From: Horticoccus luteus
GTDB lineage: Bacteria; Verrucomicrobiota; Verrucomicrobiia; Opitutales; Opitutaceae
Length of the DNA: 32,000 nt
Direction of reading: 5' to 3'
Assembly: GCF_019464535.1 (NCBI RefSeq)
Contig: NZ_CP080507.1
Coordinates: forward strand, 720,001-752,000
This document shows positions 10,201-16,594 of this stretch, piece after piece (position 1 is the first letter of the stretch; each line of letters begins with the position of its first letter). The notes under the pieces were generated by a model, which saw only the letters and a program-made list of their open reading frames with translations, did no database searches and was not told the DNA's origin. The position numbers and the translations under genes were made by a program.

Positions 10201-12847
10201 CGCGGGCATCGAGGCGCAAATGCTCGATCAGCCGGGCGGCATTTTTGTCCGCCGCCTCGAGCAAATCCCGCACGAAGATCGCGTGTTGCTGCAATCCGTG
10301 GCGCGGATCGTCCTCGACGACGAACGCGGGACTTTGGCACAGCAACTCGAACAGCACAGCGGGCTCGATCCGTTGATTCTGGCGCTGGTTCCCACGCGAT
10401 CCAACCTGCCGGCGGAGTCCGCGCCGATCCCGACGCGCGAGCTCATGTTTGCGAACGGCCTCGGCGGTTTCACCCGCGACGGTCACGAATACGTCATCAC
10501 GCTCCGAGCCGGTCAGACGACACCCGCACCGTGGGTCAACGTGCTCGCGAATCCGACGTTTGGCACGGTCGTGTCGGAAAGTGGCAGCGCTTACACGTGG
10601 GTGGAAAACGCCCACGAATTCCGCCTCACGCCGTGGAGCAACGATCCGGTGCAGGATACGCCGGGCGAGGCGCTCTACATTCGCGACGAGCAGACCGGCC
10701 AGTTCTGGTCGCCGACGCCTGGGCCGGCGACCGGCGCGACGCCTTACGTCATCCGCCATGGCTTCGGTTACACGGTGTTTGAACACACGGAGAATGGGCT
10801 CGTGTCCGAACTCTGGGTCTATGTGGCGATGGACGCACCGGTGAAGCTGTCGGTGTTGAAGCTGCGCAACATTTCCGGGCGCGCGCGCCGCATTTCGCTC
10901 ACGGGTTATTGGGAATGGGTGCTGGGCGACCTGCGGCAAAAGAGTCTGCTGCACGTGCAGACGGAGGTGGACCTCAAGACCGGCGCCTTGCTGGCGCGTA
11001 ATCACTACAACACCGAATTTCACGATCGCATCGCGTTCGTCGATGTGAACGACGCGGCGCGCACCCTGACCGGCGATCGCAAGGAATTTCTGGGGCGCAA
11101 CGGCACGCTCGCCCGACCGGCGGCGTTGAAACGCGTGCGGCTCTCGGGCCGGGTCGGGGCGGGACTCGATCCGTGCGGCGCGCTGCAAGTCACCTTCGAC
11201 CTCGCCGACGGACAGGAACGGGAAACGAGTTTTCGTCTGGGCGTGGGTCGCAGCGCGGCAGATGTGCAAAACCTGATTCAGCGGTTCCGCCGCGGCGATG
11301 CGAGCCGGAGCGCGTTGGAAGGCGTGTGGGGTTACTGGAACCGCACGCTGGGCGCGATCAACGTGGACACGCCCGATCCGGCCGTGAACTTCATGGCGAA
11401 CGGCTGGCTGCTGTATCAAACGCTCGGATGCCGGTTCTGGGGGCGGACGGGATTTTACCAATCGGGGGGCGCTTACGGCTTTCGCGATCAGTTGCAGGAC
11501 GCGATGGCGTTGGTGCACGCGGAGCCGGCCCTCACGCGCGAACACCTGTTGCGGGCCGCGGCGCATCAATTCCGCGAGGGCGATGTGCAACATTGGTGGC
11601 ATCCACCGGCGGGGCGCGGTGTGCGCACGCATTTCTCCGACGACTTCCTGTGGCTGCCGTTTGTGACCTGCCGTTACGTCTCGAGCGTGGGCGACACCGG
11701 CGTGCTCGACGAAAAAATTTCGTTCCTCGAGGCGCGACCAGTGAAGCCGGAGGAGGAGGCTTACTACGATCTGCCCACTCGGAGCGAGGAGTCGGCGCCG
11801 CTTTACCAGCATTGCGTGCGGGCGATCGAGCGCGCGCTCCGTTTCGGCGCGCATGGCCTGCCGTTGATGGGTGGCGGCGACTGGAACGACGGCATGAACC
11901 GGGTGGGCGACGAAGGCCGCGGCGAAAGCGTCTGGCTGGCGTTTTTCCTCTACGACGTGCTCACGCAGTTCGCCGGCGTTGCGCGCAGCCGGAATGACCA
12001 GGCGTTTGCGGACCGGTGCCTCGATCAAGCGCGGCAGTTGCAGGAGAACATCGAGCAGCACGCGTGGGATGGCGCGTGGTATCGCCGCGCGTGGTTCGAC
12101 AATGGCGAACCGCTCGGATCCCACATCAATCCTGTCTGCCAGATCGATTCCCTGCCGCAGAGCTGGGCGGTGATCAGCGGCGCCGGCAACCCGGAGCGTT
12201 CGCGGGAGGCGATGGAGTCCGTCGATCAGCGCCTCGTCCGCCGCGACGCCGGGCTCATCCAGTTGTTCGACCCGCCGTTCGACCATTCGCCGCTCAATCC
12301 CGGCTATATCAAAGGCTACATTCCCGGCGTGCGCGAGAATGGCGGGCAATATACGCATGGCGCAATCTGGACGGCGATGGCGTTTGCGCTCATGGGCGAA
12401 GACGAACGCGCGTGGGAACTCTTCGCGCTGCTCAATCCCGTGCATCACGGCGGCACGCCCGAGGAGATTGCGACTTACAAAGTGGAACCCTACGTCGTCG
12501 CCGCGGACGTCTATGCGTTACCGCCGCATACGGGCCGGGGCGGCTGGACATGGTATACGGGCTCGGCGGGTTGGATGTATCGCCTGCTCGTTGAAACGCT
12601 GCTGGGCGTCAACCTGGAGGGCGAGCAACTGCGTTTGGAGCCTCGCCTGCCGCCGGGTTGGAACAGCTACAAAATTCATTATCGCTTCCGCCAAACCGTG
12701 TATCACATCACGTTCTCGCGGAACTCCGCGAGCTCGGCGGGTGAAACGAGCCTGACGCTGGATGGACAGAACATCGCCGGCACGACCCTTCCTCTGCGCG
12801 ATGACCAGCACGAGCATTTCGCTGAATTGAAAATCGGGGACCAATGA
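4220..12847 (+). CDS. ndvB: Cyclic beta-1,2-glucan synthase (ChvB/NdvB/Cgs type: membrane N-terminus, GT84 glycosyltransferase, central domain, GH94 phosphorylase-like C-terminus)
   Basis: 2875-aa uninterrupted ORF with ATG at 4220 (alternative ATG at 4253). GT motifs are LDTDTQ (D-T-D codons 6110-6118) and RWIRGDWQ (6554-6577), with hydrophobic segments on both sides of the GT region. GH94-type motifs are GGGDWNDG (DWND at 11879-11890) and RENGGQYTHG. Size and domain order match the characterised rhizobial and Brucella enzymes. Confidence 0.93.
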   Translation: MQSLSLRWQSLMNRQARPESSQPPLRAELFSVEQLSRHARALASSHRVSSERRTNRLLARLQENDQGLRAFNRSTIAVDSGRRVTPAAEWLLDNFYLIEEQIQLAQRHLPRGYSRELPCLSNGPSAGFPRVYDIVLELIAHVDAQLDAGLLHAFVAAYQAEAPLKLGELWAIPIMLRLGLIENLHRVTSRLILARADRDLADFWVDRLQEVANQNPSHLVIAVADMAKADLPVSSSFVAEFCQRLSRQSPVLHLARSWLEQRLAESGLSIAHLIHLESQSQAADQVSVSHSISSLRALSAMDWKDFVESLSAVEAVLRTDPAGVYATMDFATRDRYRHVVESLARHGRLTETEVARSAVQLATDRARETGRDDRSAHVGYYLIDQGSAALARLAKVRWPRHAAVERAIQRFPLTFYAGGISALTILALAWYWQVAAPSGVAQWKLVGGLFIFLLAASQLAVALMNWFTTLLILPQRLPRLDYSHGLPPDLRTMVVVPTLLTDAAGVDQLIETLEIHHLSNQDKHLHFALLTDFADAAEENQPGDAALLQRARAGVDQLNQKYSAAAGDVFFLFHRPRRWNAGEGAWMGYERKRGKLAEFNAVLRGHGRDRFSVIVGATEILGGITYVITLDTDTQMPRDAARQLVGTMAHPLNRPVFDPVRGIVTKGYGILQPRVGVSLPSARRSWFVRLFAGDPGIDPYTREVSDIYQDLFHEGSFIGKGIYEVDAFERALHGRFPENTVLSHDLLESCHARSALVSDVEFYEEHPSRYNVDVGRRHRWIRGDWQIARWLLSRVPGADSRSLANPLSVLSQWKLLDNLRRSLVPVALLLLMLMPQLGAFGPLVVLVIVALPAVLSAMVSGINKPKDMPWRLHLRGMAGSSSRQLGQIFLTLAFLPYDALVSLDAVGRTLVRLLVTRRRLLEWRTAGESERARHASLAQFYVTMWIAPVVALAAIAVLLTRQRDQLALAIPWLGVWFLAPWIAWWISQPIATVAPKLSSGQLAFLRRTARQTWHFFETFVTAQENWLPPDNFQEVPVPTIASRTSPTNIGLALLANLSAVDLGYLPVGGLLRRTQETFGTLDRLERYRGHFYNWYDTRSLKPLLPLYVSSVDSGNLAGHLLTLAAGLRELPEARIFTPQIFAGLHDTAMALRELVGENAALEKLAAELDPPPETLRAAHALLERVANQATAIAASLANGADDVKVWSAALQRNCAEHLADLLWLAPWLALPTQTAGGASGGSLAHLDAAPTLRELAALDQALETSVDAGGDGAEFLRCVREAGEHARERLRVAEALAGQSEEFAAMDFSFVFNRVQDLFCTGFNVTEHRTETGFYDLLASEARLGSYVAIALGQVPQDHWFSMGRLLVASRGEPLLVSWSGSMFEYLMPLLVMPNYENTLLDHTCRAAVQQHIEYGELRGVPWGISESGYNRTDVHMNYQYRAFGVPGLGLKRGLAEDLVIAPYATVMALMVAPVAACKNLQRLATDGRVGRYGFYEAVDYTPARLPPGETSVTICSYMVHHQGMSLLALGNMLRGFPMHRRFMSCPPLKATELLLQERVPKTAAGVLAGDLHLEETRDGAGQTENVMRVFTNPNLPAPEVHLLSNGRYHVAITSAGGGYSRWRDLAVTRWREDATRDCWGTFVYLREPATGDLWSAAYQPTLRGAKEDEAIFSQARAEFRQHRHGLEIHSEISVSPEDDVELRRIKITNRTRAARVIEVTSYAEVVLAPAAADAAHPAFSNLFVQTEFVAKSSALLCTRRPRTADEKPPWLVHLVAGADGGAGDVSCETDRARFIGRNGTLVNPAALQGNAPLSNTVGSVLDPIVALRRLVSVPANEAVVIDFVLGVAETREAALAQVEKYQSPRMADRAFDLAWTHSQVTLRQLNITEGEAQLYGRLAGALIYANPARRANAGTLRSNRRGQSGLWSYGISGDVPLVLLSIGDTTKIEIVRQVIQAHAYWRAKGLAVELMILNEDVSVYRQTLHDQITGLITAGIEAQMLDQPGGIFVRRLEQIPHEDRVLLQSVARIVLDDERGTLAQQLEQHSGLDPLILALVPTRSNLPAESAPIPTRELMFANGLGGFTRDGHEYVITLRAGQTTPAPWVNVLANPTFGTVVSESGSAYTWVENAHEFRLTPWSNDPVQDTPGEALYIRDEQTGQFWSPTPGPATGATPYVIRHGFGYTVFEHTENGLVSELWVYVAMDAPVKLSVLKLRNISGRARRISLTGYWEWVLGDLRQKSLLHVQTEVDLKTGALLARNHYNTEFHDRIAFVDVNDAARTLTGDRKEFLGRNGTLARPAALKRVRLSGRVGAGLDPCGALQVTFDLADGQERETSFRLGVGRSAADVQNLIQRFRRGDASRSALEGVWGYWNRTLGAINVDTPDPAVNFMANGWLLYQTLGCRFWGRTGFYQSGGAYGFRDQLQDAMALVHAEPALTREHLLRAAAHQFREGDVQHWWHPPAGRGVRTHFSDDFLWLPFVTCRYVSSVGDTGVLDEKISFLEARPVKPEEEAYYDLPTRSEESAPLYQHCVRAIERALRFGAHGLPLMGGGDWNDGMNRVGDEGRGESVWLAFFLYDVLTQFAGVARSRNDQAFADRCLDQARQLQENIEQHAWDGAWYRRAWFDNGEPLGSHINPVCQIDSLPQSWAVISGAGNPERSREAMESVDQRLVRRDAGLIQLFDPPFDHSPLNPGYIKGYIPGVRENGGQYTHGAIWTAMAFALMGEDERAWELFALLNPVHHGGTPEEIATYKVEPYVVAADVYALPPHTGRGGWTWYTGSAGWMYRLLVETLLGVNLEGEQLRLEPRLPPGWNSYKIHYRFRQTVYHITFSRNSASSAGETSLTLDGQNIAGTTLPLRDDQHEHFAELKIGDQ

Positions 12848-13013
12848 ACCTTCGCCGGCTCCGCGTTGGCGCGCTCATGAAGGACCGCGCAACACGGGTG
12901 GCGTCAAGCGGAGCAGGCGTGGCGAAAGGCTGAAAGGTTCGGCCACACATGCGCCGCGGCCGTTGCGTGCATTTCCGCTTTGCCCCGCGGCGTGGTGCCG
13001 CGAGAGTGGCGGC

Positions 13014-13922
13014 ATGGCCAAACAGGCGGTGCAGTATTTCGATCGTTACACGGGCGAGGTGAAGACCGAGCGCGTTTACGGGGAGCGGTGGCTGCGTTTC
13101 GCGTATGAGAATCCCGTGGGCCGTTTCTTCGTCTGGCTGCTCGCGCGGCGGGCGCTGTTTTCCAAGTGGTATGGCTGGAAGATGAACAAGCGCGCGAGTG
13201 GGACGCTGATATTCCCCTTCATCGTCGACTACGACATCGACGTGGACGAATTCGCGAAGTCGGCCTTCGATTTCAAGACGTTCAACGAGTTTTTCTACCG
13301 GGCGTTGAAACCGGGCGCGCGACCGATCGCCCCGGGGGACGACGTGGCGGTGTTTCCGGCGGACGGCCGGCATCTGGCGTTTGCAAATGTCGAGACGGCC
13401 GACGGGTTTTATGCGAAGGGGAAGAAGTTTACGTTGGCGCAACTGTTCCAGGACGAGGCGCTGGCGCAGGAGTTTGCGGGCGGCGCGATGTTGATCTCCC
13501 GGCTGTGTCCGGTCGATTACCACCGGTTCCATTTCCCGGTGGCCGGACTGCCGGCGGAGTCGCGGTTGATCCAGGGATCGTTGTATTCGGTGAGTCCGCT
13601 GGCGCTGCGGCGGCGGTTGGAATACCTCGTGGAAAACAAGCGCGTGCTCACGACGATCGCCGCGCCCGGCTTCGGCACCGTGGCGATGGTGGAAATTGGC
13701 GCGACCAACGTCGGCACGATTCGGCAGACGCATGTGCCGGGGCGCGCGGCGAAGAAAGGGGAGGAGAAGGGCTTGTTTACGTTTGGCGGTTCCTGCGTGG
13801 TCACGGTCTTTCAGCGGGGGCGGCTGACGTTCGATGCGGACCTGCTCGCGCAAAGTGCGCAGCAGCGCGAAACGTATGCGCGCATGGGCGATCGGCTGGG
13901 CGTGGGGACACGGCAGGCTTAA
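13014..13922 (+). CDS. psd: Phosphatidylserine decarboxylase proenzyme
   Basis: The track ORF begins at a TTG (12963). The first ATG at 13014 gives MAKQAVQYFDRYTG.... PSD family signatures are CPVDYHRFHFP and the self-cleavage motif FGGS (Ser codon 13791-13793). Confidence 0.9.
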   Translation: MAKQAVQYFDRYTGEVKTERVYGERWLRFAYENPVGRFFVWLLARRALFSKWYGWKMNKRASGTLIFPFIVDYDIDVDEFAKSAFDFKTFNEFFYRALKPGARPIAPGDDVAVFPADGRHLAFANVETADGFYAKGKKFTLAQLFQDEALAQEFAGGAMLISRLCPVDYHRFHFPVAGLPAESRLIQGSLYSVSPLALRRRLEYLVENKRVLTTIAAPGFGTVAMVEIGATNVGTIRQTHVPGRAAKKGEEKGLFTFGGSCVVTVFQRGRLTFDADLLAQSAQQRETYARMGDRLGVGTRQA

Positions 13923-13984
13923 GACAGGAAAAACCCGAACCGGCCGCTTGTGTCAGGTCGGCCCGCGGGTAGGCTGACGGCCAG

Positions 13985-14851
13985 ATGAACCCGAAATTCA
14001 GCCACTACGCACACCCCGAGGCGCTGGTCGATGGCGCTTGGTTGCAGGAGCACTTAAACGATCCGGCGATCCGGATCGTCGAGAGCAACGAAGACGTGCT
14101 GCTTTACGACACCGGCCACATTCCCGGCGCGGTCCACATCGACTGGCGCGGCGATTTGCAGGACAACGTGCAGCGCGATTACATCTCGCCCGAACATTTC
14201 GCCGCGGTGTGCAGCAAGAACGGCATCACGCCGGATACGACGGTGGTGTTTTACGGCGATAAATCGAACTGGTGGTCGGCGTATGCGTTGTGGGCATTCC
14301 GGCTTTTCGGGCACACGAAGGTGAAGCTCCTCGACGGCGGCAGCGCGAAGTGGAAGGCGGAGGGCCGCCCGCTGACGCGGGAAAAGCCGAGTTTCGCGCC
14401 GACGAAATATCCGGTGCCGGCGAAGCGCCACGACGCGGACATCCGGGCGTTTTTCGCGGATACGCTCGCGCATTCGCAGGGGCGGAAACCGCTGATCGAC
14501 GTGCGTTCGCCAGGCGAATTCAAGGGCGAGATCACGCACATGCCGGAGTATCCGCAGGAAGGCGTGCTGCGCGGCGGCCATGTGCCGGGCGCGAAAAGCG
14601 TGCCGTGGAAAACGGCGGCGAACGATGACGGCACGTTTAAAAGCGCCGAGGAACTGCGCAAGATCTACACCGAGAATCTGGGCCTCAAGAAGGACGACGA
14701 CATCATCGCCTATTGCCGCATCGGCGAGCGTTCGAGTCACACGTGGTTTGTGCTGACTTACCTCTTGGGCTACGACCGCGTGCGCAATTACGACGGCTCG
14801 TGGACGGAGTGGGGCAACATGGTGCGCGCGCCCATCGAAAAGGGGAGTTGA
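13985..14851 (+). CDS. Two-domain rhodanese (thiosulfate/3-mercaptopyruvate sulfurtransferase family)
   Basis: 288-aa ORF with ATG at 13985. Tandem rhodanese layout with active-site loop CRIGERSSH (Cys codon 14714-14716), the thiosulfate-sulfurtransferase-type CRxGxR loop. Confidence 0.9.
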   Translation: MNPKFSHYAHPEALVDGAWLQEHLNDPAIRIVESNEDVLLYDTGHIPGAVHIDWRGDLQDNVQRDYISPEHFAAVCSKNGITPDTTVVFYGDKSNWWSAYALWAFRLFGHTKVKLLDGGSAKWKAEGRPLTREKPSFAPTKYPVPAKRHDADIRAFFADTLAHSQGRKPLIDVRSPGEFKGEITHMPEYPQEGVLRGGHVPGAKSVPWKTAANDDGTFKSAEELRKIYTENLGLKKDDDIIAYCRIGERSSHTWFVLTYLLGYDRVRNYDGSWTEWGNMVRAPIEKGS

Positions 14852-14930
14852 TCCCTGCCGCATCGGCGAATCCTGCGCGCTGCTTCGACCGAGGCGGGGC
14901 GCAGGCGGAGGCGATGCTGATGTCACCTTG

Positions 14931-15392
14931 ATGTATCCACCGAAGCTCCAGGAGATCGTCGACCTGTTCGACTTTTTGCCCGACGAGGAAAAGCGCGAGA
15001 ACCTCATCGCCTACGCCGACGGCGCGGCGGCGTGCGCGTTGAAGCCGGGCGAGTCGTTCGACTTGGAAGACACGCGCAAAGATGAGGAATGCACCGACAC
15101 GGTGGGCGTTTTCCTGAAGGTCGATCCGGCGACGCGCGCGATGCACTTTCGCGTGAATCTCGGGCCGCAGGTGCAAACGCTGACACGGGCGATGACGGCG
15201 ATTTTGTGCAAGGGCCTGGACGGAGCCTCGCCCGAGGAAGTGATGGAGGTGCCGCAGGATTTTGTGCCCAAAATCGTCGGCGGACAGTTGGTGCGGCTGC
15301 GCAGCCAGACGGTGTATTACATTCTCACGCGGATGAAAAGCGCCTGCAAGGTGTGGCTCAATCGCGAGCGGGCGGCGCAGGCGGCCGGCTAA
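14931..15392 (+). CDS. SufE-like sulfur acceptor protein
   Basis: The track start 14928 is TTG, immediately followed by ATG 14931. SufE/CsdE-like fold signature with a conserved Cys (EECTDTV, Cys codon 15090-15092, residue 54) and C-terminal ...[12 protein letters not shown].... Confidence 0.82.
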   Translation: MYPPKLQEIVDLFDFLPDEEKRENLIAYADGAAACALKPGESFDLEDTRKDEECTDTVGVFLKVDPATRAMHFRVNLGPQVQTLTRAMTAILCKGLDGASPEEVMEVPQDFVPKIVGGQLVRLRSQTVYYILTRMKSACKVWLNRERAAQAAG

Positions 15393-15444
15393 CGCGTTGG
15401 GCGGAAAGCATCGGCCGCGCGGTGGGGCGGCGAGCGGAGGCGAA

Positions 15445-15478
15445 AAAATGTGGCGCTCGGAACGGTTCGCCGCATTTT
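15445..15478 (+). terminator. Intrinsic terminator after sufE-like gene (bidirectional shape)
   Basis: 11-bp stem AAAATGTGGCG (15445-15455) pairs with CGCCGCATTTT (15468-15478), with one G-U pair and a 12-nt loop. The A-run and T-run flank a GC-rich core. It lies 53 nt after the stop at 15392 and 13 nt before the tRNA. Confidence 0.55.
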
Positions 15479-15491
15479 CAGGGCCGCACCC

Positions 15492-15575
15492 GCCCGGGTG
15501 GTGGAATGGCAGACACGACGGTCTTAGAAGCCGTTGCCGAAAGGTGTGCAGGTTCGAGTCCTGTCCCGGGCACCA
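15492..15575 (+). tRNA. tRNA-Leu, anticodon TAG (UAG), class II with long variable arm, CCA encoded
   Basis: Hand-folded cloverleaf:
- Acceptor stem GCCCGGG pairs with CCCGGGC.
- D stem GTG pairs with CAC.
- Anticodon stem ACGGT pairs with GCCGT, with loop CTTAGAA.
- Variable arm GCC-GAAA-GGT.
- T stem GCAGG pairs with CCTGT, with loop TTCGAGT.
- Discriminator A, then CCA. Confidence 0.93.
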
Positions 15576-15604
15576 AGCGAAGAAGGTGCGGAATGCGCAG
15601 CGCG

Positions 15605-15629
15605 GGATCGCACCGCCGGGACGCGATCC
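15605..15629 (+). other. Perfect 7-bp inverted repeat between tRNA-Leu and ppk2 (function unknown)
   Basis: GGATCGC (15605-15611) pairs with GCGATCC (15623-15629) around an 11-nt loop. No U tract follows, so it is not a classical terminator. Confidence 0.3.
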
Positions 15630-15682
15630 ACGACGAACGGGGACAAAGAGGGGTGGTTCGCTGTCAGGAAGCGTTCTCCGAC

Positions 15683-16561
15683 ATGAAAATTTCCCTGAAA
15701 AAATTCTGCGTGCCCGAGGGCGACAAGGTGCGGCTCAAGGATTGGCCGACGCGAGTGAAACCTTTTTATGCGTCCAAGCACGATTATCGGAAGATGCTGG
15801 ACGGGCATTTGCAGGAGCTGCGCGAGCGCCAGAATCTGTTGTATGCGCACGATCGTTTTGCGTTGCTGCTCATTTTTCAGGCGATGGATGCGGCGGGGAA
15901 GGATGGCGCGATCAAGCATGTGATGTCGGGCGTGAATCCGCAGGGATGCCAGGTGTTCAGTTTCAAGCAGCCGAGCGCGGAGGAGCTGGACCACGATTTT
16001 CTGTGGCGGACGACGCGTTGCCTGCCGGAGCGCGGGCGGATCGGGATTTTCAATCGGTCGTATTATGAGGAGGTGTTAATCACGCGGGTGCACCCGGAGG
16101 TTTTGGCGGCGGAAAATCTGCCGGCGGGCACGACGGAGGAGAAATCGTTTTGGAAACACCGCTACCACGCGATCAACGCGCTGGAGAAGCATCTGCATCG
16201 CAGCGGGACGCGGATCCTGAAGTTTTTTCTGCATCTTTCGAAGGAGGAGCAGCGGCAGCGGTTTCTGGCGCGGATCGACGATCCGGAAAAGAACTGGAAG
16301 TTCAGTGCGGCGGATGTGGCGGAGCGCGCGCGCTGGGATGACTACCAAAGCGCTTACGAAGACTGCCTGAGCGCGACGAGCACGGCGCGGGCACCGTGGT
16401 ATGTGGTGCCGGCAGACGACAAGCACAACGCGCGGTTGATCATTTCGGAGGCCGTGCGGCAGACGTTGGATGGACTCAAGATGAGTTACCCCTCGTCCAC
16501 GCCGGAGCACCGCGACGAACTTCTCGCGGTGCGCAAACAGCTGGCCGCGGAAGGGGCCTGA
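15683..16561 (+). CDS. ppk2: Polyphosphate kinase 2 family (polyphosphate:nucleotide phosphotransferase), single-domain
   Basis: The track ORF (15089..16561) runs through the tRNA. The real start is ATG 15683 (MKISLKKF...). The product is 292 aa with a PPK2 P-loop [11 protein letters not shown] and [19 protein letters not shown] motifs. Confidence 0.9.
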   Translation: MKISLKKFCVPEGDKVRLKDWPTRVKPFYASKHDYRKMLDGHLQELRERQNLLYAHDRFALLLIFQAMDAAGKDGAIKHVMSGVNPQGCQVFSFKQPSAEELDHDFLWRTTRCLPERGRIGIFNRSYYEEVLITRVHPEVLAAENLPAGTTEEKSFWKHRYHAINALEKHLHRSGTRILKFFLHLSKEEQRQRFLARIDDPEKNWKFSAADVAERARWDDYQSAYEDCLSATSTARAPWYVVPADDKHNARLIISEAVRQTLDGLKMSYPSSTPEHRDELLAVRKQLAAEGA

Positions 16562-16594
16562 GGGCAGCGGCAGCGCGAGAGAGGAGGGCGCGGC

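Noticed and set aside
10139-12448. 769-aa minus-strand ORF, plus several 100-360-aa ORFs across 4232-10096
   Set aside because: All lie inside the glucan synthase gene on the opposite strand or in other frames. They are Arg/Pro/His-rich nonsense, explained by the scarcity of stop codons in GC-rich DNA.
15492-15575. tRNA-Leu as a possible integration site for a genomic island
   Set aside because: There is no integrase, no direct repeat of the tRNA 3' end that I could find, and no visible compositional break. The downstream genes are ordinary metabolic genes.
15089-15682. Upstream extension of the PPK2 ORF (490-aa version)
   Set aside because: The extension reads through the 3' end of the SufE-like gene in another frame and straight through tRNA-Leu. 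The PPK2 homology begins at ATG 15683.
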